A stretch of DNA of 42,817 nt, taken from a virus. Its lineage: Duplodnaviria > Heunggongvirae > Uroviricota > Caudoviricetes. The number at the start of each line of letters is the position of its first letter. Position 1 is the first letter of the stretch. A program made the position numbers and the translations under genes. Below the pieces are notes generated by a model, which had not been told where the DNA came from, did no database searches, and was given only the letters and a program-made list of their open reading frames with translations. The stretch covers positions 133,979 to 176,795 of IMG/VR virus record IMGVR_UViG_3300021387_000091; one strand, given 5' to 3'. Below are positions 1 to 11,729 of the stretch, one piece after another.

Positions 1-413
1 TTGATTTGTTTTCTTTGTTGTCCAGAATTAGAATATAGACCTATATGAATTCATTCTGCAAAAGCAGAACGTTCTAGTAGACATTGATCCCATGAACAGT
101 TATTGTCTTTTAAATATTCAACAACAAACTTTTTGAATTCTTTCATTTGTCCGTTCATTGGTTGTAAATCAGCTGCATTACCTTTAAGATGAGCACTTGT
201 TTTAGAGCCTCCAACTGCAGAATTAAGTTTTGGACATCTGTATCCAGATGTTACTTTAATTGGAGAACCCCATGCTTCTCGTAAGTCATTTAAAAAATCA
301 ATAAGATTTAAAAGATTTTTCCTTACAAGTTCGGTAGGGGTATTATCTATATGTAACACTTTTGCAGTATCTGATTTACATAATTCATTAATTGTAAAAT
401 AAGATTTCGACAT
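1..413 (-). CDS. Peptidase M15 (M15_3-type) Zn peptidase, probable endolysin; C-terminus runs off the window
   Basis: Motifs SGYRCxxLNxAVGG, SxH and AAD. The track stop at 51-53 is TGA; read as Trp it gives WIHIG (expected last Zn-ligand His) and stays open to base 1. Confidence 0.85.
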
Positions 414-416
414 AAC

Positions 417-674
417 TTAAATAAGATCTTTAACAATTAAATTGCCAATAATTCCTCCAAATTTATGTTTCTTTTTAGATCAGCTTCTTGCATTTTGAGC
501 GAAGACTGCTTTCTTTCTTATCTTTGGATCTGAAGAATTTTTACCTCTTCTTATACACTCTTCTGTTACCTTTCCTCCACAATATGAAGTAAAAGATCCT
601 TTTTGAGACTCTTTTATGTGAATTTTAGAGCCTTTCTTCATTATTTCTACTAAATATTTAATTCTATCATCCAT
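417..674 (-). CDS. Small basic phage protein (IHIK...FTSYCGGKVTEECI...), 85 aa
   Basis: Track ORF 480-674 ends at TGA; read-through gives W-SKKKHKFGGIIGNLIVKDLI then TAA at 417-419. A promoter lies just upstream. Confidence 0.75.
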
Positions 675-699
675 AATTTATCTCCTTTTATAATTTTCT

Positions 700-732
700 G
701 CAAATATAGGAATTTTCTGGGAATTTTCCAAA
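700..732 (-). promoter_or_regulatory. Bacteroidota-type promoter TTTG-N20-TATATTTGC (leftward)
   Basis: Minus-strand TTTG (732-729), 20-nt spacer, TATATTTGC (708-700). Matches the Bacteroidota -33 TTTG / -7 TAnnTTTG consensus. Confidence 0.8.
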
Positions 733-737
733 TAAAA

Positions 738-770
738 TTTGCAATTGTCAAAATAAATTATTATATTTGC
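738..770 (+). promoter_or_regulatory. Bacteroidota-type promoter TTTG-N20-TATATTTGC (rightward)
   Basis: TTTG 738-741, 20-nt spacer, TATATTTGC 762-770, upstream of the long plus-strand operon. Confidence 0.8.
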
Positions 771-825
771 GCGGAAAATAATAAGACAATAAGGAATGAA
801 TAGTTTAACTTAAAATATTTATAAA

Positions 826-1230
826 ATGGATTGGGTTACATTAGTTACGGCACTAATCGCATCTTTAAGTGGAGGCGGATTAATATCGTTATTAACAATA
901 CGGGAAACAAGAAAAAAATTAAATGTAGAAAATAAAGAAAAAGAAGGAGAGGTATATGTCAAACTTATAGACGAACTTCAAGATCAAATCGAAAAACAAA
1001 ATGAACGACTTGATAAGAAGGATGCTATTATACAAGAGAAAGATGATATTATTGCTGATCTAAGACACAGATTAGATGAAGCAAATAGCGCTTTAATTAA
1101 AGCTACATTATTAAAGTGTAGCAAATTAGCATGTCCAGATAGACGTCCTCCTTTGGGGTTTACAGAACTTACTCCAGAAGAAATGTTGGTTGAACGTAAA
1201 CGTTTATCAATAGAATCTTCAGAAGAATAG
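826..1230 (+). CDS. N-terminal transmembrane + coiled-coil protein with C-terminal CxxxxCxxRxPP; candidate lysis accessory (holin-like)
   Basis: Hydrophobic N-terminus (WVTLVTALIASLSGGGLISLL), heptad coiled coil, ends at TAG, divergent from the endolysin. Function is inferred. Confidence 0.6.
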   Translation: MDWVTLVTALIASLSGGGLISLLTIRETRKKLNVENKEKEGEVYVKLIDELQDQIEKQNERLDKKDAIIQEKDDIIADLRHRLDEANSALIKATLLKCSKLACPDRRPPLGFTELTPEEMLVERKRLSIESSEE

Positions 1231-1262
1231 ATATAAAGTTAATGTTAAATGTTTAATGAATT

Positions 1263-2216
1263 ATGCCAAAATTAGAAGGATTAGAGTATAAAGAACTTTA
1301 TGGATTAAGTGTGGATAAAGAAAATTCCGAATTATTCTTTAATGATGCCAAACACTTATATGTTAACAAAAATGATGGTTCTAATTATATTTCAGTAACC
1401 ACGTTGATTGGAGAATACGAAAATAAATTTGACGAATACTTTTGATCACATTATAAAGCATTAGAACTGTTTTTAGATGGCGATGTATGATCAAATGTAA
1501 AAGTCAAGTTACAAAATACTAAAAAATGGAATCCTCAACTACTTACCATATATAATATAAACGAAGAGGATTTTCAAAAAGAAGTTGATAAAATTTTATC
1601 AGAATGGGCAGAAAATAGAGATGAAGCTTGTGAACATGGTACGTGAGTTCATTCTTTAATGGAAAACACATTCTATGGGAACACTCAATTCGATTTAAGT
1701 AAGTTCGGATATCCAGAGGCATCTGGATTATATGATTGCCCTAGAAACTATTTTGAATTAGATCTTGAAAATGCAATTTACCCAGAATTTTTAATGTCTT
1801 GAACATCTCCTGATGGAGTATTAAAGATTGCAGGACAGGCAGATTTAATTGTAAAGCATGGAAATGACATTCTTGTACTAGATTGGAAAACTAATAAAGA
1901 GATCAAAAAGAAAAGTTTCTATGATAAAGCAAGAAAGGATGTTGTGAAAATGAAATATCCTTTAAATAATTTTATGGATGTAAATTATTATCATTATCAA
2001 TTACAGATTAGTACATATGCTTGGATATTGCAGCAAATTCGTCCAGAATTTAATATTAAAGGATTGTCTATAATTCATATTGATAGATCCGGAAAACAAA
2101 CTGAATATCCATTAGAATACTGCAAGAATGATGTTGAAAGAATGATTAAACACTATCATCATAATCTTATTGTAAAACAGCAATTAGATAGAATAGAACC
2201 ATATAAAATAGGATAA
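1263..2216 (+). CDS. PD-(D/E)XK superfamily nuclease
   Basis: Track ORFs 1263 and 1944 are in the same frame and joined through TGA codons. Motifs SVTT, GTxVH, GQADL, DWKT, YQLQxSxY. Confidence 0.85.
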
Positions 2217-2217
2217 T

Positions 2218-2433
2218 ATGACACAGAAAGAAAGGTTGGATATTTGTGAACAATGTAAATTAGTGAAAATGGATCCTGTATATGGACCTATTTGTGATAG
2301 TTCAAAATATATGAATCCTGCAACTGGAGAAATATCAAGATTGCCAAAGGCAGGATGGATTAGAGGATGTGCATGTAGACTTAAATGAAAGTCTGCATCA
2401 CCTACAGCTCATTGTGTAGCAGGAAAGTGATAA
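2218..2433 (+). CDS. Small Cys-rich (Zn-binding-like) protein, 71 aa, ends HCVAGKW*
   Basis: MTQKERLDICEQC...GCACRLKW...CVAGKW; two in-frame TGA, final TGA-TAA. Absent from the track. Confidence 0.75.
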
Positions 2434-2434
2434 A

Positions 2435-2650
2435 ATGAAAATATTTAATTGAATTAAAAGAGTTATAATAGGTTGATACAATGTGTTAACCAATAGAATA
2501 TCACAACAAACTAAAGATAGATATGAAATTTGTAAAAAATGTGATAAAAATATAAAGATTGGAAAAGTACATATCTGTTCTGAGTGTGGATGCGTTTTGC
2601 CTCAGAAATGTGCAAGTCCAGAAGAAAAATGTTTAATGAATAAATGATAA
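2435..2650 (+). CDS. Small Cys-rich (Zn-binding-like) protein, 71 aa, ends KCLMNKW*
   Basis: MKIFNWIKR...RYEICKKC...CSECGC...CLMNKW; three in-frame TGA, final TGA-TAA. Fills the gap between neighbours exactly. Confidence 0.75.
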
Positions 2651-2651
2651 T

Positions 2652-3104
2652 ATGGAAATTAATGATTGGAATAAGTTAATGTCTGATACAGTTATATCAA
2701 AACAAATTGAAGGAATAAATACAGACGATGTAGATATAATCCCATGTAATACTGGAGTTTTAATTAAGTTTTATGAAGACAACCCCTATCGTTCAATAGA
2801 AAGAACTGAATCTGGATTAATATTTGGAATACAAAGCTCGCAAAAAGTTGTATCTGAAGATTCCGGAGAAGTTGAAGAAAACGATGAATATGTTGCTTGT
2901 GCAAAAGTTATTGCAGTTGGACCAAAATGTCAAAATGTACGACCTGGAGAAGACGTATATGTAATAAAACACATTGCACACCCAGTACCATTTCGGAAAA
3001 TGGGATATTATGAAATATCTGAACAAAATATATCTTGTAGACTTGTAAAAAAGGTTAGCAAGTTTAAATGTTTAATAAATAAAATATTTAAGAAAAATGT
3101 ATAA
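2652..3104 (+). CDS. GroES/Cpn10-like co-chaperonin
   Basis: TESGLI mobile-loop-like motif and AKVIAVGPKCQNVRPGEDV. Confidence 0.7.
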   Translation: MEINDWNKLMSDTVISKQIEGINTDDVDIIPCNTGVLIKFYEDNPYRSIERTESGLIFGIQSSQKVVSEDSGEVEENDEYVACAKVIAVGPKCQNVRPGEDVYVIKHIAHPVPFRKMGYYEISEQNISCRLVKKVSKFKCLINKIFKKNV

Positions 3105-3336
3105 TGAATTTGATGAAAGCCGTGTCTATTTTAATCCTGGCGATGTAGTTACAATTAGACACGATATAGAAAATAAACCTACAATGTTTGTTGTAGAAAA
3201 GTGTACAAGGTCTATGTACAATAAAGAGACCAATGAGAAAGAAAACATATTTCTTGGCATTAAATGTAGATGGTTTGATAAAAACCAAGTAATGCAGGAG
3301 GCTTTGTTTTCTACTAAAGATTTAATAAAGGCCTAA
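3097..3336 (+). CDS. YodC/DUF2158-like small SH3-like protein
   Basis: FNPGDVVT...PTMFV...CRWFD...EALFSTKDL pattern. Confidence 0.6.
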   Translation: MYNEFDESRVYFNPGDVVTIRHDIENKPTMFVVEKCTRSMYNKETNEKENIFLGIKCRWFDKNQVMQEALFSTKDLIKA

Positions 3337-3338
3337 TA

Positions 3339-5090
3339 ATGAATATTATAGAATTTTTTGCTAAAGGTGGTAAAACAACTGATTATGATATATTAACTGG
3401 AATACAAAATATTCTTGGTGTTGATGATAATCAAATGAACGAACTTTTACAAATTGGAATTAATAAGTATGGTTCGGAAGATGGTCTTATTTCCGCTATA
3501 AAAGATGCCACTAAAAATATAAACGAAGCTTCTACTGAAGAAGATCTTAAAGCAGCAATAGCGTCTGTATTTTCTACAGGTATGTTTAAGTGCGGTGGAA
3601 AAATGCAAAGCTTGGTTGATAGAATGTCTAAAGGTGGAAAATCAAAATGTGGCTGTAAAAAGAAGATTAAAAAAGGACGTTACGGTATTCCAAACGGCAT
3701 TCAGTATTATAATGAGAACGGTGTTCCTGTTGAATTAAACCAACAAACAACAAGACCTGGAAGAATGCTTTATAGTGAAGAACCATCTGCTAAGGGAATG
3801 TCAAACCTTATGTTTAATCAATTAAATAAAAACATTCCCGGAGGTTTAAATCTTCCTATTGAATATAATGTTTTTACACATAGTATGTTGGATGATCCAG
3901 AAAGAAGTGTTGGAATTCAACCATTAAGAGGTTTTGAAAGAGACAGATTTCAACAACTGAAAAATCAATGGCAGCCAAAAATGCAAGATGGTGGTTCTAT
4001 TGATGAGCCCGCTTATAATGTTCAATTATCAAGAAAACAAGCTAAACAATTAGCAAAGAAAAATAAAGGTTTTAACAGCTCTCAATATAATACAGCTTAT
4101 TGGAATGCTAAAAATGCATTACGAGAAAATTCTGATTTTCGTGGAAAAGACTTAAAAAATGCAGCTAGAGTTATGGCTTCTGGCTTAACTACACAAAGAC
4201 CTCAGTTTGGTCCAATTCAGACTAGCGCTCCCAAAATTAATACTCCTAAAGTAACAGGCCCTCGTAAATATACAGAAGGTATTATTGAAACAGGTCCGCT
4301 TACTGAAGTTGGAACACCGATTAGAAAAAGTGCACCTGTTAGAAAACCAGCTGTAGAAACACAACCAATAAGTAATGCTCCTTCTGTTTCTGATTCTATT
4401 GCCGCAAATAGAGCAAAAACAAACGCTTGGTATCAATATCAATACGAACGTGGATTATATGATCAGGCTAACGGAAATTATCGTCCAAATCAAGGTTCTG
4501 CAGCATATCAGCATTGAATGTGGAAAGACTTTAATGACGCCTGAGATAATAATACTGGAACAGTTAAAAGAGACTTCTTAATGAGAACTCCTACTCAAGA
4601 TGAACTTCTTGCATTTCAAAACGCTGGTGAATTTACACATGGTTCATTACCTTGGTCTCGTAGAGATAGAGAATCATATGGCGTTGATTATAACAAACGT
4701 CAATTCTATTTTAACGACGATTCTCGTTATCGTGCAGATGCAAGGGCCAAAGGAATTGCACCAACAAGTAATCTTTATAATGGCGTTGCTGGAATTATGG
4801 GTACAATGTTAGCTCCTGCTTTTGGAGAAGCTGCAGCACAAGCAATTAATGGCATTGCTGATCTTGCAGTTGGAGCTTATACTGGATTTAATCCAACTGG
4901 AATTGTGATGAAAAGACCTGGTGTTATTAGAAATCCTAAAACAGGAAAACCAATACAAGCTCGTTCTGCAAATGGCAGATTTGGAAATAACAAACAAGGA
5001 AGTTGGTTTATGGATATATTTAATGGTCAGAGAGTTCCTGGATATAAAGTTGGAGCTCTTAAAAATGGTGGAATTATTAAGAATTTATAA
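3339..5090 (+). CDS. 583-aa protein with recurring xxxGG[KSI] motifs; candidate virion-internal/cargo protein
   Basis: Track ORFs 3339 and 4581 are in the same frame, joined by two TGA codons. Ends LKNGGIIKNL-TAA. Confidence 0.7.
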
Positions 5091-5093
5091 TAT

Positions 5094-5666
5094 ATGCAAA
5101 TCTTTATATTTGATAATGTAACGAATACACTTCAAATAGACGATTACTCCATATTATTAATTAAAGAATTTGCAGACCTATGAGAACCAGAAAGAAATAA
5201 ATGTAAAGAAGATAAAACAGGTACTAAAAGACTTTTAGCATATAAAGAATTTACATACATTTATTTGGTTCTTGATTTCAAGTCTCCATATTTTAAATCA
5301 CCCATAAAGGATAGACAAGAAGCGGCTTTAATAGATTCCGGATTAAAAGAAAAAGATTTAGAAAATCCGGAATTTATTGCTGCTTATAAAAAATATGAGG
5401 AATTGCAAGATGCCGATCCAATTTTAACATCTATTAAAGTTGCATATAGAACTTTGTATAAATTTCAAGTTTATTTAGACAATATTGATTTTACTGAAAC
5501 TGATGTGGACGGTAAGCCTATTCATAAGGCTAAAGATATTTTAGACTCTATAAAACAAATTAGTGTAATGAGAACAACTCTTCAAGAGTTAGAACAAATT
5601 CACAAAACTGATTTGGCAGCAGAATCAAAGATTCGAGGTGATGTAGAGCAAGGTCTATTTGATTAA
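5094..5666 (+). CDS. Conserved hypothetical protein directly upstream of terL (terminase small subunit candidate by position only)
   Basis: ATG 5094 is in frame with track ORF 5265 through one TGA (DLWEPER). Confidence 0.65.
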
Positions 5667-5678
5667 TTGAGGAATAAT

Positions 5679-7955
5679 ATGTCAAAATATATCGTCGATC
5701 CGAAGGTATTAAATAAGGAGAAACCAAAGAAAACAAAAAACAAAGTTGAAACTCCTTTAGAAAAAAGAAATAAGAAACCAAAATTTTCGGATAAATATGA
5801 AGAGGATTTAATAAGACAATTGTTTGAGGAAAAGAAAAATAAAATTGAAGCAATGGATATTTCTTCTGTGCAAGAACAACAAGATGATATTTGAGTTCAC
5901 CACAAACGAAAAAATGCAGAATGAGATGTTCCTATTACTGAAAATATAAAATATTTTGACCCAGAATTGTCTTATGAACTTACTGGATATAGACCAATTA
6001 CAATGGAGCAGGGATTAGATTTTAATCCAACTCCATTTAGAGAAATGGCAATAACATTTCAGAATACTGGTAAATATACAGAATTCCCAAATGGCTCTGT
6101 TCCTAATAGAAAGTTCTGGAACAGAGAAATGGATAGGATTAAAAATGGACTTACTATTGGAAAGTATAGAATTACTGGAGACCATTATTATTTTCTAAAT
6201 TATTACCGTATGCAAACTGTTCTAGAAGATGCAACTGCTGGTACTGGTCGTGAATATAACTTTCCAACATTTCTATCTAAACAATATGAGTGGTTTCATT
6301 ATGTAGAAATGGCAGAAAAACTTGCATTAAACGCTGGAGCATTAAAAGGAAGAGGTACCGGTTGAAGTGAGATGACAGCTGCAATGTCAGTAAGGCCATA
6401 TACTTCAAATCCTAACTATAGGGTTGTTTTAACAGCATTTGATGACGGTAAATTACAACCACTAAGAGACAAATGCTGGTATCAGTTAAACTGATTGAAC
6501 GCTAATGCATATGGTTTTCGGCATATTAGGCAGGTTGTGGATAACGCTACAACAAAACGAGCTTCTAAACGAACAAAAGAAGGTGCTGAAGTAGGATGGA
6601 TGGCAGAAATACATTCTATTATTGCTGACAAAGCGTCAAAAATTCGTGGTGATCGTACAGATAGACTTATTTATGAAGAAGCTGGATCTAATACAATTCT
6701 TTCTAAATCTTGAATTCAAGGTGACGCACTTGTTGAATTGGGTGGTAAACACTTCGGTACAAAAATATTTCTCGGGACTGGAGGTGATGATGTAGCGCTT
6801 GAAGGATTGGCCACAATGTTCAAAAATCCAGCTGGAGCTAAAGTTTTAGCTTATAAAAACTATGATACTACTGATGGAAAACCAGAATTAAGCGCATTCT
6901 TCTGTCCTTCTCATAAATTTGCATTAGTTAGTACCTATCTTGATGAAAGAGGTGTAACAAATTGAGTAGAATTTAAAAAGCATTATGAGGAATATAGAAA
7001 AACTCTTCATGGCCAAGATTACTTAGACGAATGTGCAGAGCATTGTTTTACTCCAGAAGAAGCATTATCTAAAACTGGAGAAAATATGTTTGATGCAGAA
7101 CTAATAGCTGCAAGAATGGCTCAAATAATGGTTAAGAAGGATTGGATTGAACCAAAACGAATGATGCTATTATGGGATAAAACTGCAGAAAAGCAATGGT
7201 CTAAAATAAATGCGTTTGAATCACCTCATGGAAATGTTTTGGTTGTAGAGCCACCATTGGTTGATGATACAGGAACACCTTATAAAAATTTATATGTTGC
7301 CGGAATAGACTCAATTGATCAAGGTAAAGACGATTCAGCTACAGATAATGATGTTTCTGATTTCTGTATTGTTATTAAGAAGAGAGTCAGAGGAATGGAC
7401 GATCCTAAATATGTTGCCATATATAAAGATAGACCAAGAGACATTCGCCAAGCATATGAAACTGCACATAAATTATTAGTGTGATATAATTGCAATGCTA
7501 TGCTTGAATATACAAAGATTTCTATACAGAAATTTTTACAAGAAAGAAAAGCAGACGATCGTTTAATGAAACGCCCAGAATTTGCAGTATCAAATAAAGC
7601 AAGAAAGATTGTTACTAAAAAATTAATCGGTTTACCTGGAACAGAAGCTGTTATTAAACATGGATTGGAATTAATTAGTAACTTTCTTAACGATTATTGA
7701 TTTACAATAGATTTTCCAGAGATTCTTCAACAACTTTTAAAATATACTTATGCAAATAAACGTAAGTTTGATATTGTAGCTGCTTTACAAATGGCAGAAA
7801 TTGGAGATGAAGAGTTATTTGGAATAAATCCAACTAAGGTTGTTAATCAAAATGCCGTTTGAGAAGATTTTGGATATTATAGAGACGAAAATGGTCATAT
7901 GCGGCGTGGTGCAATTCCAAATAATAGTAAATACGAAACACGATGACGGACATAG
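5679..7955 (+). CDS. terL: Terminase large subunit
   Basis: Six track fragments share one frame and are joined by TGA. ATPase motif LKGRGTGWSE, Walker B IYEEAG, GTGG coupling motif, nuclease motifs GIDSID and D-CI; about 758 aa. Confidence 0.93.
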
Positions 7956-8236
7956 AAAAAGATATTAAACGGATAATTGAAGAAGTAACGGAACGAGAAT
8001 ATATTACAAAATTGCAAGTATCACATGAAGACGATATATGAACTTTATACTTGTTTTTGAATAGAGAGCTCGTTCCGTTAGTTATAAGCATTCAAGGTGA
8101 TGAAAAGCGATTTAAACAGTTTGTTGCTGAAGAAATGAAACGTCGTAGGTTACAAGAAGTTAAATACTGAAGAACAGAAAGAACGCTTCCTGCACTAGAA
8201 TGTAATGAGAACGGTGAATTTGAGTTAGGATGGTAA
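7943..8236 (+). CDS. 97-aa hypothetical protein between terL and portal
   Basis: MTDIEKDIKRIIEE...ELGW*, two in-frame TGA. Fills the gap exactly and overlaps both neighbours. Confidence 0.75.
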
Positions 8237-10809
8237 AGGAAAAAGAAATTGACAAAATCAATTCGTGTATTAGCGATTTGGTTTATGATAAAATAGCTCT
8301 TAAAAAGGCCTATAATTATTATCACGGCATCAGAGATGCTGAACAATTTAGACATATTGAGGAAAACTACGGTATTGGAGTCCCAACATCTGTCGGATTC
8401 ACTCCGTTAATCAAGAAACATATAGATGTCTTGGTTGGAGAATATCTTGAACTCGATCCAGATTTACAAGTAACCTGTAAGGATGATGAAACCGTCTCAA
8501 ATATATTAAGAGATAAACAATTAAAAATAGATAAAGCATTATATGATTTTTTAAAAAAATATTTGCAAAATACTATTATAAATATTCTTTTAAACAATCA
8601 GCAACCAGTTAATGATCCTTTTATAGAAAAGGAAATGCAGCGAATCAAAGAGGATATTGAAAATTCATTTGTATCTGATTATGAAATAGCTGCACAAAAT
8701 ATACTTGAGTATATAAAGCATTCAAGAGATATTGATTTAAAAAACAAAGCGAAGGAATTATTTACAGATCTATTAATTGGAGGTATTTGTTACTTTAGAA
8801 CAAGAAAAAAGAGTGACAACATTTGTTTAGAAATATTAAATCCTCTCGATACATTTATTGAAAGAAATCCTAATGAATTTTATTTAAATAAATCTAGAAG
8901 AGCTGTAGTAAGAAGATGGCTAACTAAAGAGCAAATTTTAAATGAGTATGCAGACGAACTTGGAAAAGATGCAATTGCTCGTTTAAATGGAATGTTTTCA
9001 AGAAGAGATAGAGGTGATAGAGCAATTGTAGTAAGATCTACTGGTGCTTTATATGCAGATGATGCTCAAATTCTTGGTGAACCACATGAGCCAAAACCAG
9101 GCATTCTTGCTGGTTTAGAAGTACATCCAATATTTCCTTGAGATGATGCCGGACAATATACACATATAAATTCTGAATTAATCCAAGTCTACGAATGCGA
9201 ATGAGTTGAATGAGACAATAATAAAAGAAGATCTGTATTACACCAGGGCATTAAAATCGGCGATGATATTTATATCACAAGAGGCGAAGCTGATTATTAT
9301 GTTCAAAGCAGAAGTAATCCGAGGGATGTATCACTATCGATAAACGGAATGTTTTTTAACGATAAAAACGGACAACCATATAGTCTAATGCTCGCTACAA
9401 TGGACTTACAGGATTAAATTTACTGGTCCTGTCTAAACCCCGTGAACTGCTGGAACGCTAAGTTGTAAGAATGTGACATCTTACAATATGCCAATCAGCA
9501 ACCAAGCTCTTATATAGAGAAGGCTCAACGACTATTATGTAAGATTCAAGTGAATCTGAAGTGCGGGGACGTTATAAATTAAAACAGCTGATAAAACCAC
9601 ATCTTTATCAGCCTAAAACATGAGCTAATAATAGTTCTACAGAATGCTTTGGTGTAGAATTATTAGAAATTGTAATAAATAATTTATAACGTATGATATA
9701 GTCTGATCTTATACGAAAGTATAAGCGGTTCTGACAGAACGGCTGTGAATTAACGACTCACAGTGAACAAAATGAAGTATGATTTACTATTATACTGCAG
9801 AGACAATCTCATTGCCACTAGTGGTACTGTTGGAGATTGGATTGACATTGCACACTTACCTGTAGCTTTAGGTGTAAAATTACCAGAAAGAATTATGAAA
9901 TGGCAGGCTTATAAAAAGAATGGCATTGCCTTATATGATTCTTCTCAAGAAGGTGCACAGATATTAAATACTACTTTTAATGGATTTGATGATACAATAA
10001 AAGCCCAATCCATTCAAGCTATTCAAATTGCAATTGATAGTGTAGAAGCACAAGCATCTGCTATTACCGGTGTATTTGCCGAAAAACTTGGACAAATCGA
10101 ACAACGAGACGCTGTATCAAACGTAAAAGTTGGAATACATCAATCAACACTTTTAACAAAACAATATTTTCACGCAATGGATTTAATGTATAAAGAAATG
10201 AATTATGATATGTTAAATCTTGCAAAATATGTCTATAAAGATGGTATCACAGGTACTATAATTCTTGGTGATAGATTGGTGAAAACATTTACAGCTCTTC
10301 CTAAGTATTATACAATGACTGATTTCGATATTCATATTGAAGATAGTTCAGAAACATATAAAATGCGAGATCAGCTTCAAGCAATAAATGTTGAATTTGT
10401 AAAAGCCGGTTTGGTTGATGCAAAGGATTCAATTGCTATAATTAGAGCTAAAAATATGACTCAGCTTAAGCAATATATGGATAAAGCCATTAAAGAAAAG
10501 AAAGCTGAAAATAATATGGTTAATCAACTTCAGCAACAAGTTGAACAAATGACTGCTGAGAAGAAACAATATGAACAACAGATTCAACAACTTAATTCTA
10601 AAGTTGAATCTCTTCAGAAACAATTGCTTAATAACTCTCAGCAAAAGCTTCAAATTGAACAGCAACGTGCTGATATTGAAGAAAAAGTTGCAAACGATAA
10701 GAAGGATTACAATGATAAGCTTATTGAAGTTAAAGAAAGACAACTTGAGGCTGAAATTCTGCAAATCAGAGATGGTAATCCATATAACGATCAAATAAAA
10801 GACGTATAA
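8230..10809 (+). CDS. Portal protein, spliced: exon 1 8230-9414, exon 2 9775-10809 (about 739 aa)
   Basis: Follows terL. crAss-type portal motifs AYNYYHG, KHIDVLVGE, LNPLDTF, VYECEWVEW (TGA-encoded Trp). Splicing restores ...TMDLQD|KYDLLLY... in frame. Confidence 0.9.
9415..9774 (+). mobile_element. Group I self-splicing intron (IA2-like) with no homing endonuclease ORF
   Basis: P1 caggaU pairs with gtcctg with a U.G at the 5' splice site; P4 tgctg/cagca; P3 ccccgt/gcgggg; P7 gactat/atagtc; P8 acgttataaatt/aatttataacgt; P9 cttatac-GAAA-gtataag; terminal G at 9774. Confidence 0.92.
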
Positions 10810-10810
10810 T

Positions 10811-11554
10811 ATGGCAGTAAATAGTAGACTTTTTATGGAAATTGGTTTTGTTAACGATTCTTTTCAAGCAATAGACAAAACACCATATGAAAGATGAATA
10901 AATGAAGGTTATCTAGATAACGAACATGAACATTTAGTTTTACAACGTATTGTGCAAATAGTAGATGGTGATGATAATCAGCTTGTTGGATTTGATATGA
11001 AACAGGCAGATACTGTAGAGAAATTAAGAGATCCATACGAGAAAGAAGGTCTTACAAACGGTCTATATTATTACCAAAAAATATTAATTCCATCTGAAGA
11101 ACACGTTACTACATCGAATGTAAAACTATACTTTGATTCAAATCTTTTAGTTCATTATGAAGATACAGATGAAGGTGTCGGTAAAATTTATAATCCTAAA
11201 TCTGATTTTGATGAAATATATGAAGTTTTAAGAGATGAATATCCTGATAATTGCTTTTACTTTGATGATTATGCTTTTACAATATACAGCTTAGTAGAAT
11301 GTTATATTCTCACTGAAAGAGAGAGAATTAACAACTATCTTAAAAATAATTGTAGAGCAAACTGCAATAATGGAATTTCTGATTTGGATACCAGAGCGGA
11401 TATTTTAATGGCCGCAATATATGTATTGAGAGATCTTATAGAGAAAAAAGATTTCTTTGAAGCACAAAGAATTCTTAACGGTTTAAATACCTGCGGAAAT
11501 CTCTGTAAGAAATATACAAAAACTCTAAAGGGTTGCGGCTGTGGAAAATCTTAA
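10811..11554 (+). CDS. Conserved crAss-type structural protein with Cys-rich C-terminus (CGNLC...GCGCGKS)
   Basis: ATG 10811 is in frame with track ORF 10952 via one TGA; located in the post-portal structural block. Confidence 0.7.
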
Positions 11555-11729
11555 AGAAACTTTATTTAAATTATTAAATGATGAGCTAAACGATTTAGCG
11601 CTTGGTCATCCATATAATATGAATAGATTATCGATGATGAGAGAGATTTGTCACTTATTGACATATTATCAGTATGTGGATATGAGTGATGATGATATTT
11701 TAAAGATTGTAAATTTCTATGAGTACTAA
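11541..11729 (+). CDS. Small hypothetical protein
   Basis: GTG-start ORF overlapping both neighbours, ends at TAA. Confidence 0.6.
   Translation: MENLKETLFKLLNDELNDLALGHPYNMNRLSMMREICHLLTYYQYVDMSDDDILKIVNFYEY

Noticed and set aside
5679-7955. Intein or intron in terminase
   Set aside because: Continuous frame of ordinary length (about 758 aa) with no intein motifs.
9415-9774. Homing endonuclease inside the intron
   Set aside because: The intron is only 360 nt, mostly paired, with no ORF or HNH/GIY-YIG/LAGLIDADG motif.
9763-10809. Independent gene starting MNKM
   Set aside because: Its first four codons are intron sequence; it is portal exon 2.
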